From: Chthoniobacteraceae bacterium
GTDB lineage: Bacteria; Verrucomicrobiota; Verrucomicrobiia; Chthoniobacterales; Chthoniobacteraceae
Assembly (NCBI GenBank): GCA_031409655.1
Contig: JANNXQ010000107.1
Coordinates: 75,566 to 139,565 of the forward strand
Length of the DNA stretch: 64,000 bases
Direction of reading: 5' to 3'
In this document: positions 1 through 9,747 of the stretch, piece by piece
Layout: each line of letters starts with the position of its first letter
Position numbering within the stretch: position 1 is the first letter of the stretch
Program-made: the position numbers and the translations under genes
The notes under the pieces: model-generated
Databases searched by the model: none
Seen by the model: the letters and a program-made list of their open reading frames with translations, nothing else
What the model was told of the DNA's origin: nothing

Positions 1-278
1 ACGTGTTTGCTGGCGGCGATCGCCGCGTGGGCGATCGGCGCGTGCAGAAAATTTGGCGTAGCGATGATCACTGCATGGACGTCGTCGCGCTGCACGATCT
101 CTTCGTAGTTCGTGGAAGTGACAGTGATGCCGGTGTCGCGGCTCGCGCGCTCGAGGGTCTCGGGATTGCTGTCGCAGAGCGCGATGACCTTGGTCTCGGC
201 GCAGAGCGCGATACCGGGCAGATGGTTTTGCAGCGTGATTCCGCCGCAACCGACGATGGCGATGCCGAGGGGTTTCAT
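1..278 (-). CDS. Gfo/Idh/MocA family oxidoreductase (5' part; continues off the window)
   Basis: Manual minus-strand translation from ATG at 278: MKPLGIAIVGCGGITLQNHLPG...DDVHAVIIATPNFLHAPIAHAAIAASKH. Rossmann GxGxI start and IATP..H motif. The + strand ORF 3..356 is its shadow. Confidence 0.85.
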   Translation of the reverse strand, partial: MKPLGIAIVGCGGITLQNHLPGIALCAETKVIALCDSNPETLERASRDTGITVTSTNYEEIVQRDDVHAVIIATPNFLHAPIAHAAIAASKH

Positions 279-319
279 GGAAGCGCGCGGTTGTCGCAGT
301 CGTGCCGGTGCGCCGCAAG

Positions 320-1546
320 TCAGCTTTTCTCCGCGCCGCCGCGGATCGTCTTCTGAAAAAGTTCGATGAGGGCGCGCGCCGCCCGCAGGCGTTCGTAGCG
401 CGCGTCGAAGCAAGCGCGCGCCCGCGCCCGCATCTGCGGCTTCGCCGCTTCGTCGAGATCGATCCAGCGCTGCAGCAGCCGCGTGGTGCCCGCGAGATCG
501 TCGCGATCGGCAAAGCCCGCGCCGTCGCCCACGACCTCGCGCCAGATGTTCACTTGGTTTGAAGTGAGCACCGGTGTGCCGCAGGCCAGAGCTTCGACCA
601 CCGCGACGCCGAAATTTTCCTGATGCGACGGCAGGATAAACGCATCCGCCGCGCGAAAGGCGCCCCACTTCGCCTCGCCGGAAACCATGTCGCCCCAAAG
701 GATGTCGGGCGCTCCGGATTCGTTCCGCGACTTCTCCTCCAGCCGCGCGCGATAACCCGGATCGGCACACGGCCCCGCGAGCACGACGCAATATTTCTCC
801 CGCTGCCACGCCTCCTGACTGCGCACGGCGCGGAGTGCTTCGACCAGCAGATCACATCCTTTCTTCTCGTGAATCCTTCCGAGAAAAAGCAGCACCCGGC
901 GGCCTCGCGCCGCGGGCAGCCACTCGTGGAAAGCCTGCTTTTGCCGCTCCGCATCGCCCGTCGGCGCCGCGATCCCGAGCGGCACCACGGCCTTCCGACA
1001 GCGGAAGGGCGTAAAGGAGCACCGCGAATTTCGCCACTCCTCATCGGACGTGAAAATGACCGCCGCAGCCTGCTCCATCGCGCGATGCTGCCACAGCCAC
1101 CAATACACACATTTCTTCAGATGCTTCAGCGGGTAAGTGCGTCGAAACCAGACATCCAGCATCCCGTGCGGGAAGAGAAAATAGGGAGTCCTCGTGCCAG
1201 CCAGGGCTTTGGAAGTGCCGACGCTGTGGTGCTGCCAAACGCCATTCGCGATGACGACGTCGTATTCCCCAGCATGCTCGCGCAGCCACGGCACGAAACG
1301 CGCCGAGTAGCCAAAGCTCCCCTTGCCCGGCCCGAGCGCATGCACTTTCACCGCGCACTGCCCGACCCACGGATCATCCGGCCTATCCAGCGAGGCGATC
1401 TCGACGCTGTGCCCGAGTTCCCGATGCGCCGCCGCCAATTGTACGACCGCCTCACTGGTCCCGCCGGTCGCGGGATTGATGCTATGGATGGTGTGCAGGA
1501 TGCGCACGAAGGCGGGATGAGGTGACGGACGGAAATGCAGCGGCAC
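320..1546 (-). CDS. Glycosyltransferase family 4 (GT-B)
   Basis: Motifs GGTSEAV, PHGMLD, FLGRIHEKKG and ENFGVAVVEALACGTPV. True start may be slightly downstream (VRILHTI). Confidence 0.9.
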   Translation of the reverse strand: MPLHFRPSPHPAFVRILHTIHSINPATGGTSEAVVQLAAAHRELGHSVEIASLDRPDDPWVGQCAVKVHALGPGKGSFGYSARFVPWLREHAGEYDVVIANGVWQHHSVGTSKALAGTRTPYFLFPHGMLDVWFRRTYPLKHLKKCVYWWLWQHRAMEQAAAVIFTSDEEWRNSRCSFTPFRCRKAVVPLGIAAPTGDAERQKQAFHEWLPAARGRRVLLFLGRIHEKKGCDLLVEALRAVRSQEAWQREKYCVVLAGPCADPGYRARLEEKSRNESGAPDILWGDMVSGEAKWGAFRAADAFILPSHQENFGVAVVEALACGTPVLTSNQVNIWREVVGDGAGFADRDDLAGTTRLLQRWIDLDEAAKPQMRARARACFDARYERLRAARALIELFQKTIRGGAEKS

Positions 1547-1605
1547 TTTCTCGGTGAGAAATGCACCGCCCGTCGAGCCCGCCGTGGCAACCCCGCGATC
1601 CGCCC

Positions 1606-3831
1606 TTACTTCGCCGCCACCGTCGGCGCGACCGGCGAGAAGGTCTCGATGTAGCCGATCATCATCTCCTCATACGTCTGCTGCCCCCAGTGGACGGTCT
1701 TCGTCGGATCGGGGTTCGCCTTGTTCGCGGGGCTGTTGTCAAACACGGCCGTGACGCGCAGGGTGCTGCCGCGCGGAATGAAACGCGGCTCGGCGAGATC
1801 GTAGCGGATCTGCCAGTTGAAATCGTAACGCGGAATATCGAGCAGCGTCTCAGCGGTGCCGTCGGCCTTCATCAACTCGTATTTGAAGGCTTTCCCGCGC
1901 ACATGCATGTGCGCGACAAAGGCCATCACGTTGAGGTCGATCGGCACTTTCCGCGACGCGGTCTCCACGTGGTCCGCGGCTCCCGGTGGAATGTTCAGAT
2001 CGCGATCCGGCAGCGCGACGGTCTCGACCAGATAACGTGGCGTCTCTTTCGCGAAGATCAGGCCCATGCGCAATTGGTCCTGAGTCGCCTTGCCACTCGG
2101 GGTGTAATGAATCTGAAAGCTCACCCTGCTCCCTGCGGGCAGCTTGCGCGCAAAGCCCGAGGGATAGACCTGCGAGCCATTCCCCGGGACATACGCCGCC
2201 CAATAACCACCAAGGCCTTCCTCCCGGTCGCGCACCTTACCGGTGCCTTTCGCGTGTACGTTCACGATGACGTGATGCACCACACTGCGATCCGTCGGGA
2301 GGATCTCGTAACCTTGCACCCATTTATCTTCAGTCAGTGTCGTCTCCGCGGTGATGAATTGATAAGGCATATACCCCTCCGCCTTCACCGCGATGGGTCG
2401 CGGTAGTTGCACAATGTAATCCGGCTTCCCGATCGTCCACTCTTCTGGAAAGACGAGCTTCGCGGGGGCCTCGGCGGGATTTCCCAGCGGACGATCCGCC
2501 GACCCGATCCACGCGAGCAGGTCCGCCTTGTCGCGTTCGGCAAGAGAGCAGTCATTCGCCCAGGGGTTCGGCGAGCCCGCCTTCACCGGCGCGGCAAACC
2601 ACGGCGGCATCGTCCGCTCCGAGACCACGCGTTCGATGACCTTCGCGCGATCCTTCACTTCCGCGAGGTCATCAAGAGGGAAAGGCGCGATGCCCTGGTC
2701 GCGATGGCACGTCACGCAATTCAGCTGCAAGATCCGCGCGACATCGCGGTGATACGTCACCTCAGTCGTCGCGCGATTTCCCGCCTCCGGAATGTCCAGT
2801 TCACAGCCCGGAGCTTCGGTCGCGACGATCGCGGGCCGCTGGCTCGCGAGCATCGCGGTGACCGCGTCGCGGAGATACTTCGTGCGCGGAGCGTCGAGGT
2901 TGTAATTCACGCCATACTGATCATCGAGCGCACCGCGGTAGAGCAGCGTGCGCGTCGCATCGAGGAGGAAAACCTCCGTCGTCGTGCGAGCACCGAGCGC
3001 AGTGGCGAGCTTCTTTTCCTGGTCACGCACATAAGGTGCCGCAAGCCCGGCCGCCATGAGTTGCGCCTGGATGTCCTCCCGGCGATCGCTCGCATAGGGA
3101 TTCACGAGCAAAAGCCCCACGCCCTGCACCCGCAGATCCTTCTCCAGCGTCGCCAGCGAAGGCGCATAGCGTTTACTCACCGGGCACGTCGCACTCGTCA
3201 TCGCGATCACCAATCCATTTTTCCCCGCGACCTCGCTCAGCTTCCGCGGCGCGCCCTGCAGATCCACAAAGTTCAGCTCCTCGATCATCCGGCCCACGCC
3301 GACATCTCCGCCTTTCAAGATCCGCGGCCCACTCGTCACCGGCTGCGCCACCGCAGGCGCCGTGCTGGCGGGAGTCGTCGGCAATTCGCCACCGAGTCGG
3401 CTGTACCTTTCCAGTGCCTCCGATGCCTCAGCACGCGTGATGCGGCCATCACCGTCACCGTCCACCGCGAGCAGTCGCCGGGCCTTTCCGGGCAGTTCAT
3501 CGGCCGTCAGCGCGCCATCGCCATTTGTGTCCAGATATTTGAAAAGTTGTTCTCCCGTTTGCTTTCCGGAGTCCGACTCCGCCGGCGAGACCGCGCCGGC
3601 CACCAACCCACGCGTCGTCTCCTCGAGCGTGATCACTCCGTCCTTGTCCCGATCAAATCGCGCGAAGGTCGCCGCGTCCGGCAATTCGTCAGGAGTCACC
3701 TTGCCGTCGCTGTTTTTATCAAAGCGCTTAAAGACCGCACCCACCCCGCCCAGCCCCTGGGCATTTGCAACATGGGAGGCCGCGAGGGCGGCAACGACGA
3801 GGAGTGGCAATTTCAGGCGTGGAAAGTTCAT
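1606..3831 (-). CDS. Secreted EF-hand + redoxin + heme-c + copper type II monooxygenase-like fusion protein
   Basis: Signal peptide; four DxN/DxDG EF-hand loops; TCPVS redoxin motif with YRGALDDQY and GC; CVTCH; VHHV, QIHY, HMHVRG and EEMM motifs. Confidence 0.8.
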   Translation of the reverse strand: MNFPRLKLPLLVVAALAASHVANAQGLGGVGAVFKRFDKNSDGKVTPDELPDAATFARFDRDKDGVITLEETTRGLVAGAVSPAESDSGKQTGEQLFKYLDTNGDGALTADELPGKARRLLAVDGDGDGRITRAEASEALERYSRLGGELPTTPASTAPAVAQPVTSGPRILKGGDVGVGRMIEELNFVDLQGAPRKLSEVAGKNGLVIAMTSATCPVSKRYAPSLATLEKDLRVQGVGLLLVNPYASDRREDIQAQLMAAGLAAPYVRDQEKKLATALGARTTTEVFLLDATRTLLYRGALDDQYGVNYNLDAPRTKYLRDAVTAMLASQRPAIVATEAPGCELDIPEAGNRATTEVTYHRDVARILQLNCVTCHRDQGIAPFPLDDLAEVKDRAKVIERVVSERTMPPWFAAPVKAGSPNPWANDCSLAERDKADLLAWIGSADRPLGNPAEAPAKLVFPEEWTIGKPDYIVQLPRPIAVKAEGYMPYQFITAETTLTEDKWVQGYEILPTDRSVVHHVIVNVHAKGTGKVRDREEGLGGYWAAYVPGNGSQVYPSGFARKLPAGSRVSFQIHYTPSGKATQDQLRMGLIFAKETPRYLVETVALPDRDLNIPPGAADHVETASRKVPIDLNVMAFVAHMHVRGKAFKYELMKADGTAETLLDIPRYDFNWQIRYDLAEPRFIPRGSTLRVTAVFDNSPANKANPDPTKTVHWGQQTYEEMMIGYIETFSPVAPTVAAK

Positions 3832-3841
3832 CGGGTACTTG

Positions 3842-3866
3842 AACGCCGGTCACGGCCAACGGTTAC
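3842..3866 (-). promoter_or_regulatory. Putative ECF-sigma promoter (GTAAC-N16-CGTT)
   Basis: AAC...CGT spacing typical of ECF promoters, 10 nt upstream of the ATG at 3831. A similar site lies at 19268-19293. Confidence 0.4.
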
Positions 3867-3932
3867 GCGCAACGAGTATTTAATTCCAACCCGCCAGCCT
3901 TGGACCCAATCCGCAGCGGCCAAGCTCCCCTC

Positions 3933-4850
3933 TCATTTTCGCGCCTTTTGACCCGCTCGCTGGGTCAGCGCCACAATGGCTGGGTGGGTGAGACGGCGCT
4001 CGGCGGTGATTGCGAAAAACTGGGTCACGATCGCAGGCGTCCGCCCGAGGGAGACGAAACCATACCGCTCGATGGCTTCCGCGGCGACGGCGGTGGGAAT
4101 CACCACGAACCCCAAGCCATCCGTGCCCGCGATCTTGGCCAGCGCATGATCTTCAAACTCGCCCACCACGCGGGGCTCGATCGCCACGCTCCGGAACCAT
4201 CGCTCAAGGTCCCGCCGGAGACTGCAATTTTGCGTGGGGAGCAGCCCCGGGGCTTCGTGAAGATTGCGGGGAAACCTTCCCTTCAGCGTCCGCGCGAGGC
4301 CCGGCATCGCGCAAAAGGTGATGTCGCTGCTGCTCAGCAAATGGTTGAAGACCTTGCCGCTCTGGCTCGGGGAAGCAGGCTCGTCGGAGAGCACGACATC
4401 GACCCGGTGCGTGGTGAGTTGGGCCAAAAGTTCCGCCAGCTTGCCCTCATGACAGGTGAGGTGGATGGGTGGGTCGTGCTCAAAGATCGGCCGCAGGATG
4501 TCGAAGCTCATCAGTTTCGGAAACGAATCGACGATGCCCGCGTGCAGCCGCAGTGAACGCGCCGTGGGCGCCTGCTTCGCCGCGCGCAGCACTTCGCCCC
4601 CGAGGGTGAAGATCTCCTCCGCGTAGCCGAAAATGATCTGCCCAAACTCGGTGAGCACCGACGACCGGCCACTCGGGCGGAAGAGATCTTCGCCGAGCGC
4701 CGTCTCGAGGAGCTGGATCTGGGTGCAAATGGACGGCTGCGAGACGTGCAACCTCTCCGCCGCGCGGCGGAGGCTGCCTTCTTTCGCCACCGTCCAAAAG
4801 TACCGCAGGTGGTGGTAGTTGAGAAATTCGGGAGCGGGCGAGTGTTCCAT
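3933..4850 (-). CDS. nhaR: LysR family transcriptional regulator, NhaR-like
   Basis: N-terminal LNYHHLRYFWTVAKEGS...HVSQPSI HTH and C-terminal FFAITAERRLTHP resemble NhaR. Confidence 0.85.
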   Translation of the reverse strand: MEHSPAPEFLNYHHLRYFWTVAKEGSLRRAAERLHVSQPSICTQIQLLETALGEDLFRPSGRSSVLTEFGQIIFGYAEEIFTLGGEVLRAAKQAPTARSLRLHAGIVDSFPKLMSFDILRPIFEHDPPIHLTCHEGKLAELLAQLTTHRVDVVLSDEPASPSQSGKVFNHLLSSSDITFCAMPGLARTLKGRFPRNLHEAPGLLPTQNCSLRRDLERWFRSVAIEPRVVGEFEDHALAKIAGTDGLGFVVIPTAVAAEAIERYGFVSLGRTPAIVTQFFAITAERRLTHPAIVALTQRAGQKARK

Positions 4851-4873
4851 TTAGCAGAAGTGTTCGTGAGTGA

Positions 4874-4890
4874 GTTCGTCATATTCAAAC
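4874..4890. promoter_or_regulatory. Putative LysR T-N11-A operator
   Basis: GTTCG-TCATATT-CAAAC imperfect dyad between the divergent nhaR-like and hpf genes. Confidence 0.35.
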
Positions 4891-4933
4891 CACGGGAGTC
4901 TGTCGAGATTGGCGCCCTTCCAAAATCCATCCG

Positions 4934-5287
4934 ATGAAACTCGTCCTCAAACATCTCCATCACACGCCCTCCGCCTCCCTCAATGCCTTGATCGACAAGC
5001 ATCTGGAAGAATTCGGGAAATCGCTGCAGATCGAAGAAGCACGAGTCGTGGTCGAGCGCCGCCTCAACGCGAGTCCCGCCTTTCACGTCAGCGTGCATTT
5101 CGTCACACCCGGCCCGGATGTCTTCGCGGAGGCGATGGACCACACCCTGCGCGCCGCGCTGCAAAAGACGGTCGAGAAACTCGAGACCTCCATCGGTCAC
5201 CGGCACGACAAGCAAAAGCGGCCTCCTCGCGCCTCTCTCAAGAGCGCGCCAACGGCCCGGATCACATCCGCTGCAACTCGCCGCTGA
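4934..5287 (+). CDS. HPF/RaiA (ribosomal S30EA) family protein
   Basis: 117 aa with S30EA-like pattern (PGPDVFAEAMDHTLRAALQKTVEKLE). Confidence 0.7.
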   Translation: MKLVLKHLHHTPSASLNALIDKHLEEFGKSLQIEEARVVVERRLNASPAFHVSVHFVTPGPDVFAEAMDHTLRAALQKTVEKLETSIGHRHDKQKRPPRASLKSAPTARITSAATRR

Positions 5288-5320
5288 TCGCGAATACTCA
5301 CCCACACTTCACCCATCTTC

Positions 5321-6283
5321 ATGACTAATACCCTCTGGCTCTGGATCGGCTTCAATGTCTTCGTCCTCCTCATGCTCGCGCTCGACCTTGGCGTCTTCCA
5401 TCGGAAGGCGCATGTGGTCTCCTTTCGCGAAGCCATCGCCTGGACGATCGCCTGGGTCACCCTGGCCATGCTCTTTAATATCGGCATTTGGTATTATGCC
5501 GGAGCGCAGAAGGCCCTGGAATTCACCACTGGCTACGTCATCGAATACTCGCTCAGCGTGGATAACATCTTCGTCTTCGCGATGCTGTTTTCGTATTTCG
5601 CGGTGCCGCCGCTCTATCAGCACCGGGTGCTCTTCTGGGGCATCCTCGGCGCGCTGGTCCTGCGGGCTCTGATGATCGTCGCGGGCACCGTGTTGATCAC
5701 GAAGTTTGCGTGGATCATCTATGTCTTCGGCGCGTTTCTGATCATCACCGGCATCAAAATGATCGTTAAGCGCGAGGAGGAGATTCACCCCGAGCGCAAC
5801 CCGGTGGTGCGCTGGTTTAAGAAACTCATGCCGGTGACCAGCGACTATCGCGGCGATAAGTTCTTTGTGCGCGAAAACGGCGTGCGCATGGCCACGCCGC
5901 TCTTCGTGGTGCTCTTGCTGGTGGAAGTCTCCGACGTGATTTTCGCGGTCGATTCCATCCCGGCGATCTTCGCGGTCACCAAGGATCCATTCATCGTCTA
6001 TACGTCGAATGTCTTCGCCATCCTCGGTCTGCGCTCGCTGTATTTCGCGCTGGCGGGAGTGTTGGACAAATTCCACTACCTCAAGATCGGTCTCGGTGTC
6101 GTGCTGACCTTTGTCGGCGTGAAGATGCTGCTCGGGCACACCGCTTACAAGATCGACACGCTCGTCTCGCTCGGCGTGATCGTCGGCGTGCTTGCCGCGT
6201 CGATTATCGTGTCGCTCATGCGGCCGAAGAAAGCGGAGCTGCAGCTCGGCCACGCTCCAGATGTGACCCCTCCGCAACCCTGA
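5321..6283 (+). CDS. terC: TerC/Alx family membrane protein, copy 1
   Basis: Motifs LALDLGVF, EYSLSVDNIFVF, DVIFAVDSIPAIF, YTSNVFAILGLRSLYF. Confidence 0.93.
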   Translation: MTNTLWLWIGFNVFVLLMLALDLGVFHRKAHVVSFREAIAWTIAWVTLAMLFNIGIWYYAGAQKALEFTTGYVIEYSLSVDNIFVFAMLFSYFAVPPLYQHRVLFWGILGALVLRALMIVAGTVLITKFAWIIYVFGAFLIITGIKMIVKREEEIHPERNPVVRWFKKLMPVTSDYRGDKFFVRENGVRMATPLFVVLLLVEVSDVIFAVDSIPAIFAVTKDPFIVYTSNVFAILGLRSLYFALAGVLDKFHYLKIGLGVVLTFVGVKMLLGHTAYKIDTLVSLGVIVGVLAASIIVSLMRPKKAELQLGHAPDVTPPQP

Positions 6284-6372
6284 TGCGCATTGCCCTCGCC
6301 GTCCGCGCGCTATTTTAAAGCACCGCAGATCGCGGCCAACTTAGCCATACTTCCACACTCCCATCGTAACTA

Positions 6373-7335
6373 ATGACTAATAACCTCTGGCTCTGGATCG
6401 GCTTCAACGTCTTCGTCCTCCTCATGCTCGCGCTCGACCTTGGCGTTTTCCATCGGAAGGCACACGTCGTGACTTTCAAGGAGTCGATGGCGTGGACCGT
6501 CGTCTGGGTCACGCTCGCGCTGATCTTCAACCTCGTTGTGTGGCACTACATGGGGCCGCAGAAGGGGCTCGAGTTCTTCACCGGCTACGTCATCGAGAAG
6601 TCGCTCAGCGTGGATAACGTCTTCGTCTTCGCGCTCCTCTTTACCTACTTCGCGGTGCCGGCGCTTTATCAGCACAAGGTGCTCTTCTGGGGGATCCTCG
6701 GCGCGCTGATCATGCGGGCGATCATGATCTTCCTCGGGGCGGCTCTGATCGAACGCTTCACCTGGATCATCTACATCTTCGGCGCGTTCCTCATTCTCAC
6801 GGGCATCAAGATGATCGTGAAGCGCGAGGAAGAGATTCATCCCGAGCGCAACCCGCTGGTCCGCTGGTTTAAGAAGCTGATGCCGGTGACGAACGACTAT
6901 CGCGGCGACAAGTTCTTCGTGCGGGAAAACGGCGTCCGCATGGCCACCCCGCTCTTTATCGTGCTGCTGCTCGTCGAGTTCTCCGACCTGATTTTTGCGG
7001 TCGATTCGATCCCCGCGATCTTCGCGGTCACCAAGGATCCGTTCATCGTCTATACGTCGAACGTCTTCGCCATCCTCGGCCTGCGCTCGCTCTATTTCGC
7101 CCTCGCCGGAGTGATGGACAAATTCCACTACCTCAAGATCGGCCTGGGTGTCGTGCTCACCTTCGTCGGCGTGAAGATGCTGCTCGGGCACACGCCTTAC
7201 AAGATCGACACCCTGGTCTCGCTCGGCGTCATCGTCACCGTGCTCGCCGCCTCGATCGTCGTGTCGCTGCTGCGACCCAAGAAAGCAGTCATGAAAATCG
7301 GCCACGCTCCGGGGACGACCCCTGAGCAACCCTGA
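6373..7335 (+). CDS. terC: TerC/Alx family membrane protein, copy 2
   Basis: Same motifs (EKSLSVDNVFVF); same 320-aa length and near-identical DNA stretches as copy 1. Confidence 0.93.
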   Translation: MTNNLWLWIGFNVFVLLMLALDLGVFHRKAHVVTFKESMAWTVVWVTLALIFNLVVWHYMGPQKGLEFFTGYVIEKSLSVDNVFVFALLFTYFAVPALYQHKVLFWGILGALIMRAIMIFLGAALIERFTWIIYIFGAFLILTGIKMIVKREEEIHPERNPLVRWFKKLMPVTNDYRGDKFFVRENGVRMATPLFIVLLLVEFSDLIFAVDSIPAIFAVTKDPFIVYTSNVFAILGLRSLYFALAGVMDKFHYLKIGLGVVLTFVGVKMLLGHTPYKIDTLVSLGVIVTVLAASIVVSLLRPKKAVMKIGHAPGTTPEQP

Positions 7336-8672
7336 TGAGCATCGTCCTCGTCGAGATTCTCATTGTGCTTGCGCTGTTCATTGCCAATGGGGTTTTCGCC
7401 ATGAGCGAGATGGCCGTCGTGTCGTCGCGAAAGTCGCGGCTCAAGCAGATGGCTGCGGACGGCAACGCCGGTGCGACTGCCGCGCTCCGTCTGGCAGAGG
7501 CCCCGAATCGTTTCCTGCCCACCGTGCAAATTGGCATCACGCTGATCGGCCTGCTGGCCGGTGCCTTCAGCGGCGCCACGCTGGCGGGCGAGTTGGCCGC
7601 GAGGCTGAAACCGCTGCCTGGCTTCGCGCCGTTTGCCGATGCGGTCAGCGTGGGGCTCGTCGTGGTCGCGCTTGGGTTCCTGTCGGTCATCATCGGCGAA
7701 CTCGCGCCAAAGCGCATCGCGCTGGCGGCCCCGGAGAAGATTGCCAGCCGGCTCTCGCGACCGATCGAGTTAATTAGTCGCCTCGCCCAGCCAGTTGTCG
7801 AACTGTTGAGCGGCGCAACCGGCCTCCTGCTCCGCATGTTACGGATCAAGCCTAGCCAGCCGGACGGCGTTTCCGAAGACGAAGTGCGGCTGCTTTTGCA
7901 TGAAGGCCGGGAAAGTGGCGTCTTTCTTAGGGAAGAGCCGCGCATGGTCGAGTCCGTGCTCTCGTTTGACCGTCGTCCGGTCCGGGAAATCATGACGCCG
8001 CGGCCCAAGCTTGTCTTTGTAAGCCTGGCCGATACGCAGGAAACGCTGTGGCATAAGATCGTCGTGTCCGGTCATTCGAGTTACCCGGTCTGTGCGGAGG
8101 ATCGCGATCATATCGTCGGCGTGGTCACGGTGAAATCCGTCTATGCCAACCTCGCGGCTGGCACCCCCGTTCGCGTGATCGACCTCCTGACCAATCCGCT
8201 CTTCGTCACGCCAGACGAGCCGGTGCTGGATGTCCTGAACCATTTCAAGCGCACCGGCGTGCATCTCGCCGTGGTCCGTGAAGCCGACGGTCGCTCGGTC
8301 GGACTCGTTACGCTCGTGGATGTGCTCGAAGCCATCGTCGGCGACATTCCCTCTCTTGAAGATCGGCTGCGGCCCGAAGCCCGGCAGCGCCCGGATGGCT
8401 CCTGGTTGGTCGATGGCCAATACCTTCTCGAGAAACTCGCCGCCCTGCTCGGCGTCGCCTTCGCATCGCCGACCTCCGATGCGGGCGCCACGCTTGCCTC
8501 GTTTGTCGGCGATCAACTTGCCAGCCATCCCCGCGAGGGCGATTGCTTCGACTGCGCCGGCCTGCATTTTGAGATCATCGATATGGACCGCACCTCCGTG
8601 GACAAGGTCCTGATCCACGCCACACCTGCGGCAGTAGCGCCTCGGACCACGGAAACCTCGGTCGCCGAATGA
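7335..8672 (+). CDS. HlyC/CorC (CNNM/DUF21 + CBS + CorC) transporter
   Basis: ANGVFAMSEMAVVSS, TVQIGITL, IIGELAPKRIA, EIMTPR, DVLEAIVGDI, DGSWLVDG. Confidence 0.92.
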   Translation: MSIVLVEILIVLALFIANGVFAMSEMAVVSSRKSRLKQMAADGNAGATAALRLAEAPNRFLPTVQIGITLIGLLAGAFSGATLAGELAARLKPLPGFAPFADAVSVGLVVVALGFLSVIIGELAPKRIALAAPEKIASRLSRPIELISRLAQPVVELLSGATGLLLRMLRIKPSQPDGVSEDEVRLLLHEGRESGVFLREEPRMVESVLSFDRRPVREIMTPRPKLVFVSLADTQETLWHKIVVSGHSSYPVCAEDRDHIVGVVTVKSVYANLAAGTPVRVIDLLTNPLFVTPDEPVLDVLNHFKRTGVHLAVVREADGRSVGLVTLVDVLEAIVGDIPSLEDRLRPEARQRPDGSWLVDGQYLLEKLAALLGVAFASPTSDAGATLASFVGDQLASHPREGDCFDCAGLHFEIIDMDRTSVDKVLIHATPAAVAPRTTETSVAE

Positions 8673-9505
8673 CGCACCTTGCACAGCGCCTCGTCGCTTC
8701 CAGGTCGTTCCGCGCATTAATCATCGCGGTGATCCTCCTCGCTGGCGTGCTCGCGGGCGTGGAAACCAGCGCCGCCATGCTCGCGCAATACGGCCCGCTC
8801 CTGCACGCGCTCGACTTGGCGGTGCTCACCATCTTCATCATCGAGATCGTGTTGAAGCTCACCGCCTGCGGCCGCCGGCCGCTCGACTACTTCCGCGATG
8901 GCTGGAACGTCTTCGACTTCACCATCGTCGCGCTCTGCATCCTGCCCGTCGGCGGACCGTTCGCCGCGGTGCTGCGCCTCGTCCGCACGCTCCGCTTGCT
9001 CCGGCTCGTCACCGCGCTGCCGAAGCTGCAGCTCCTCGTCGGCGCACTCATCAAGAGCCTGAGTTCCATGGGTTACGTCGGACTGCTCCTCGGGCTGATT
9101 TTCTACATCTATGCCGTCACCGGGGTTCACTTATTCGGGAAGGCATCCCCCGAGTATTTTGGAAGCCTCACCGCCGCCCTGCTCGCGCTCTTCCAGATGA
9201 TCACCCTCGATGACTGGAGGACCATGTATGACAGCGCGCAAGCCGCCGCGCCCTTCGCCGCCACCCCTTACTTCGTCAGCTTCATCCTGCTCGGCACGAT
9301 GATCATGCTGAATCTCTTCATCGGCATCGTTATGAACTCCATGGCCGAGATGCACACCGAACTCGACGAATTGAAGGAGGCCGCCCGAGCCACTACGGAA
9401 AAGGGCAGCGTTCTCAGCGACGTGACCGCGCTCGACCAGCAGCTCGCCGCGTTGCGCTCCCAACTCGATGCGCTCCGGGCGAAGCTTTCGCAACCTTCCT
9501 CATGA
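8669..9505 (+). CDS. 6-TM voltage-gated cation channel (BacNav/Ion_trans family)
   Basis: YFRDGWNVFDF; S4 LRLVRTLRLLRLV; pore FQMITLDDW; S6 MLNLFIGIV; C-terminal coiled coil. Confidence 0.92.
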   Translation: MTHLAQRLVASRSFRALIIAVILLAGVLAGVETSAAMLAQYGPLLHALDLAVLTIFIIEIVLKLTACGRRPLDYFRDGWNVFDFTIVALCILPVGGPFAAVLRLVRTLRLLRLVTALPKLQLLVGALIKSLSSMGYVGLLLGLIFYIYAVTGVHLFGKASPEYFGSLTAALLALFQMITLDDWRTMYDSAQAAAPFAATPYFVSFILLGTMIMLNLFIGIVMNSMAEMHTELDELKEAARATTEKGSVLSDVTALDQQLAALRSQLDALRAKLSQPSS

Positions 9506-9747
9506 AAACCAAACACTGGCTTCTCGCGCTGTGGGTGCTGATCGTCTTCGCGCTCCATCAGGATGTGTGGAACTGGACCAAGTCCAGCCCGCTCCTCTTC
9601 GGCTTGCTGCCTCCGGGGCTGACTTACCACTTAGGTTACTCTGTGCTGGCCGCTTTCACCATGGCGCTGCTCGTGCGCTTTGCCTGGCCCACGCATCTCG
9701 AAGATGAAGCGCCCAACGACCAACAGCCTCCCGCGACGAAGCCATGA
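9502..9747 (+). CDS. DUF3311-like small membrane partner of the SSS transporter
   Basis: 81 aa, two TM segments, LHQDVWNW...LLFGLLP motif; overlaps both neighbours by 4 bp. Confidence 0.75.
   Translation: MKTKHWLLALWVLIVFALHQDVWNWTKSSPLLFGLLPPGLTYHLGYSVLAAFTMALLVRFAWPTHLEDEAPNDQQPPATKP

Noticed and set aside
5288..6372. yybP-ykoY Mn riboswitch before the terC genes
   Set aside because: The leaders are only 33 and 89 nt and I could not recognise the conserved structure; an Infernal scan would settle it.
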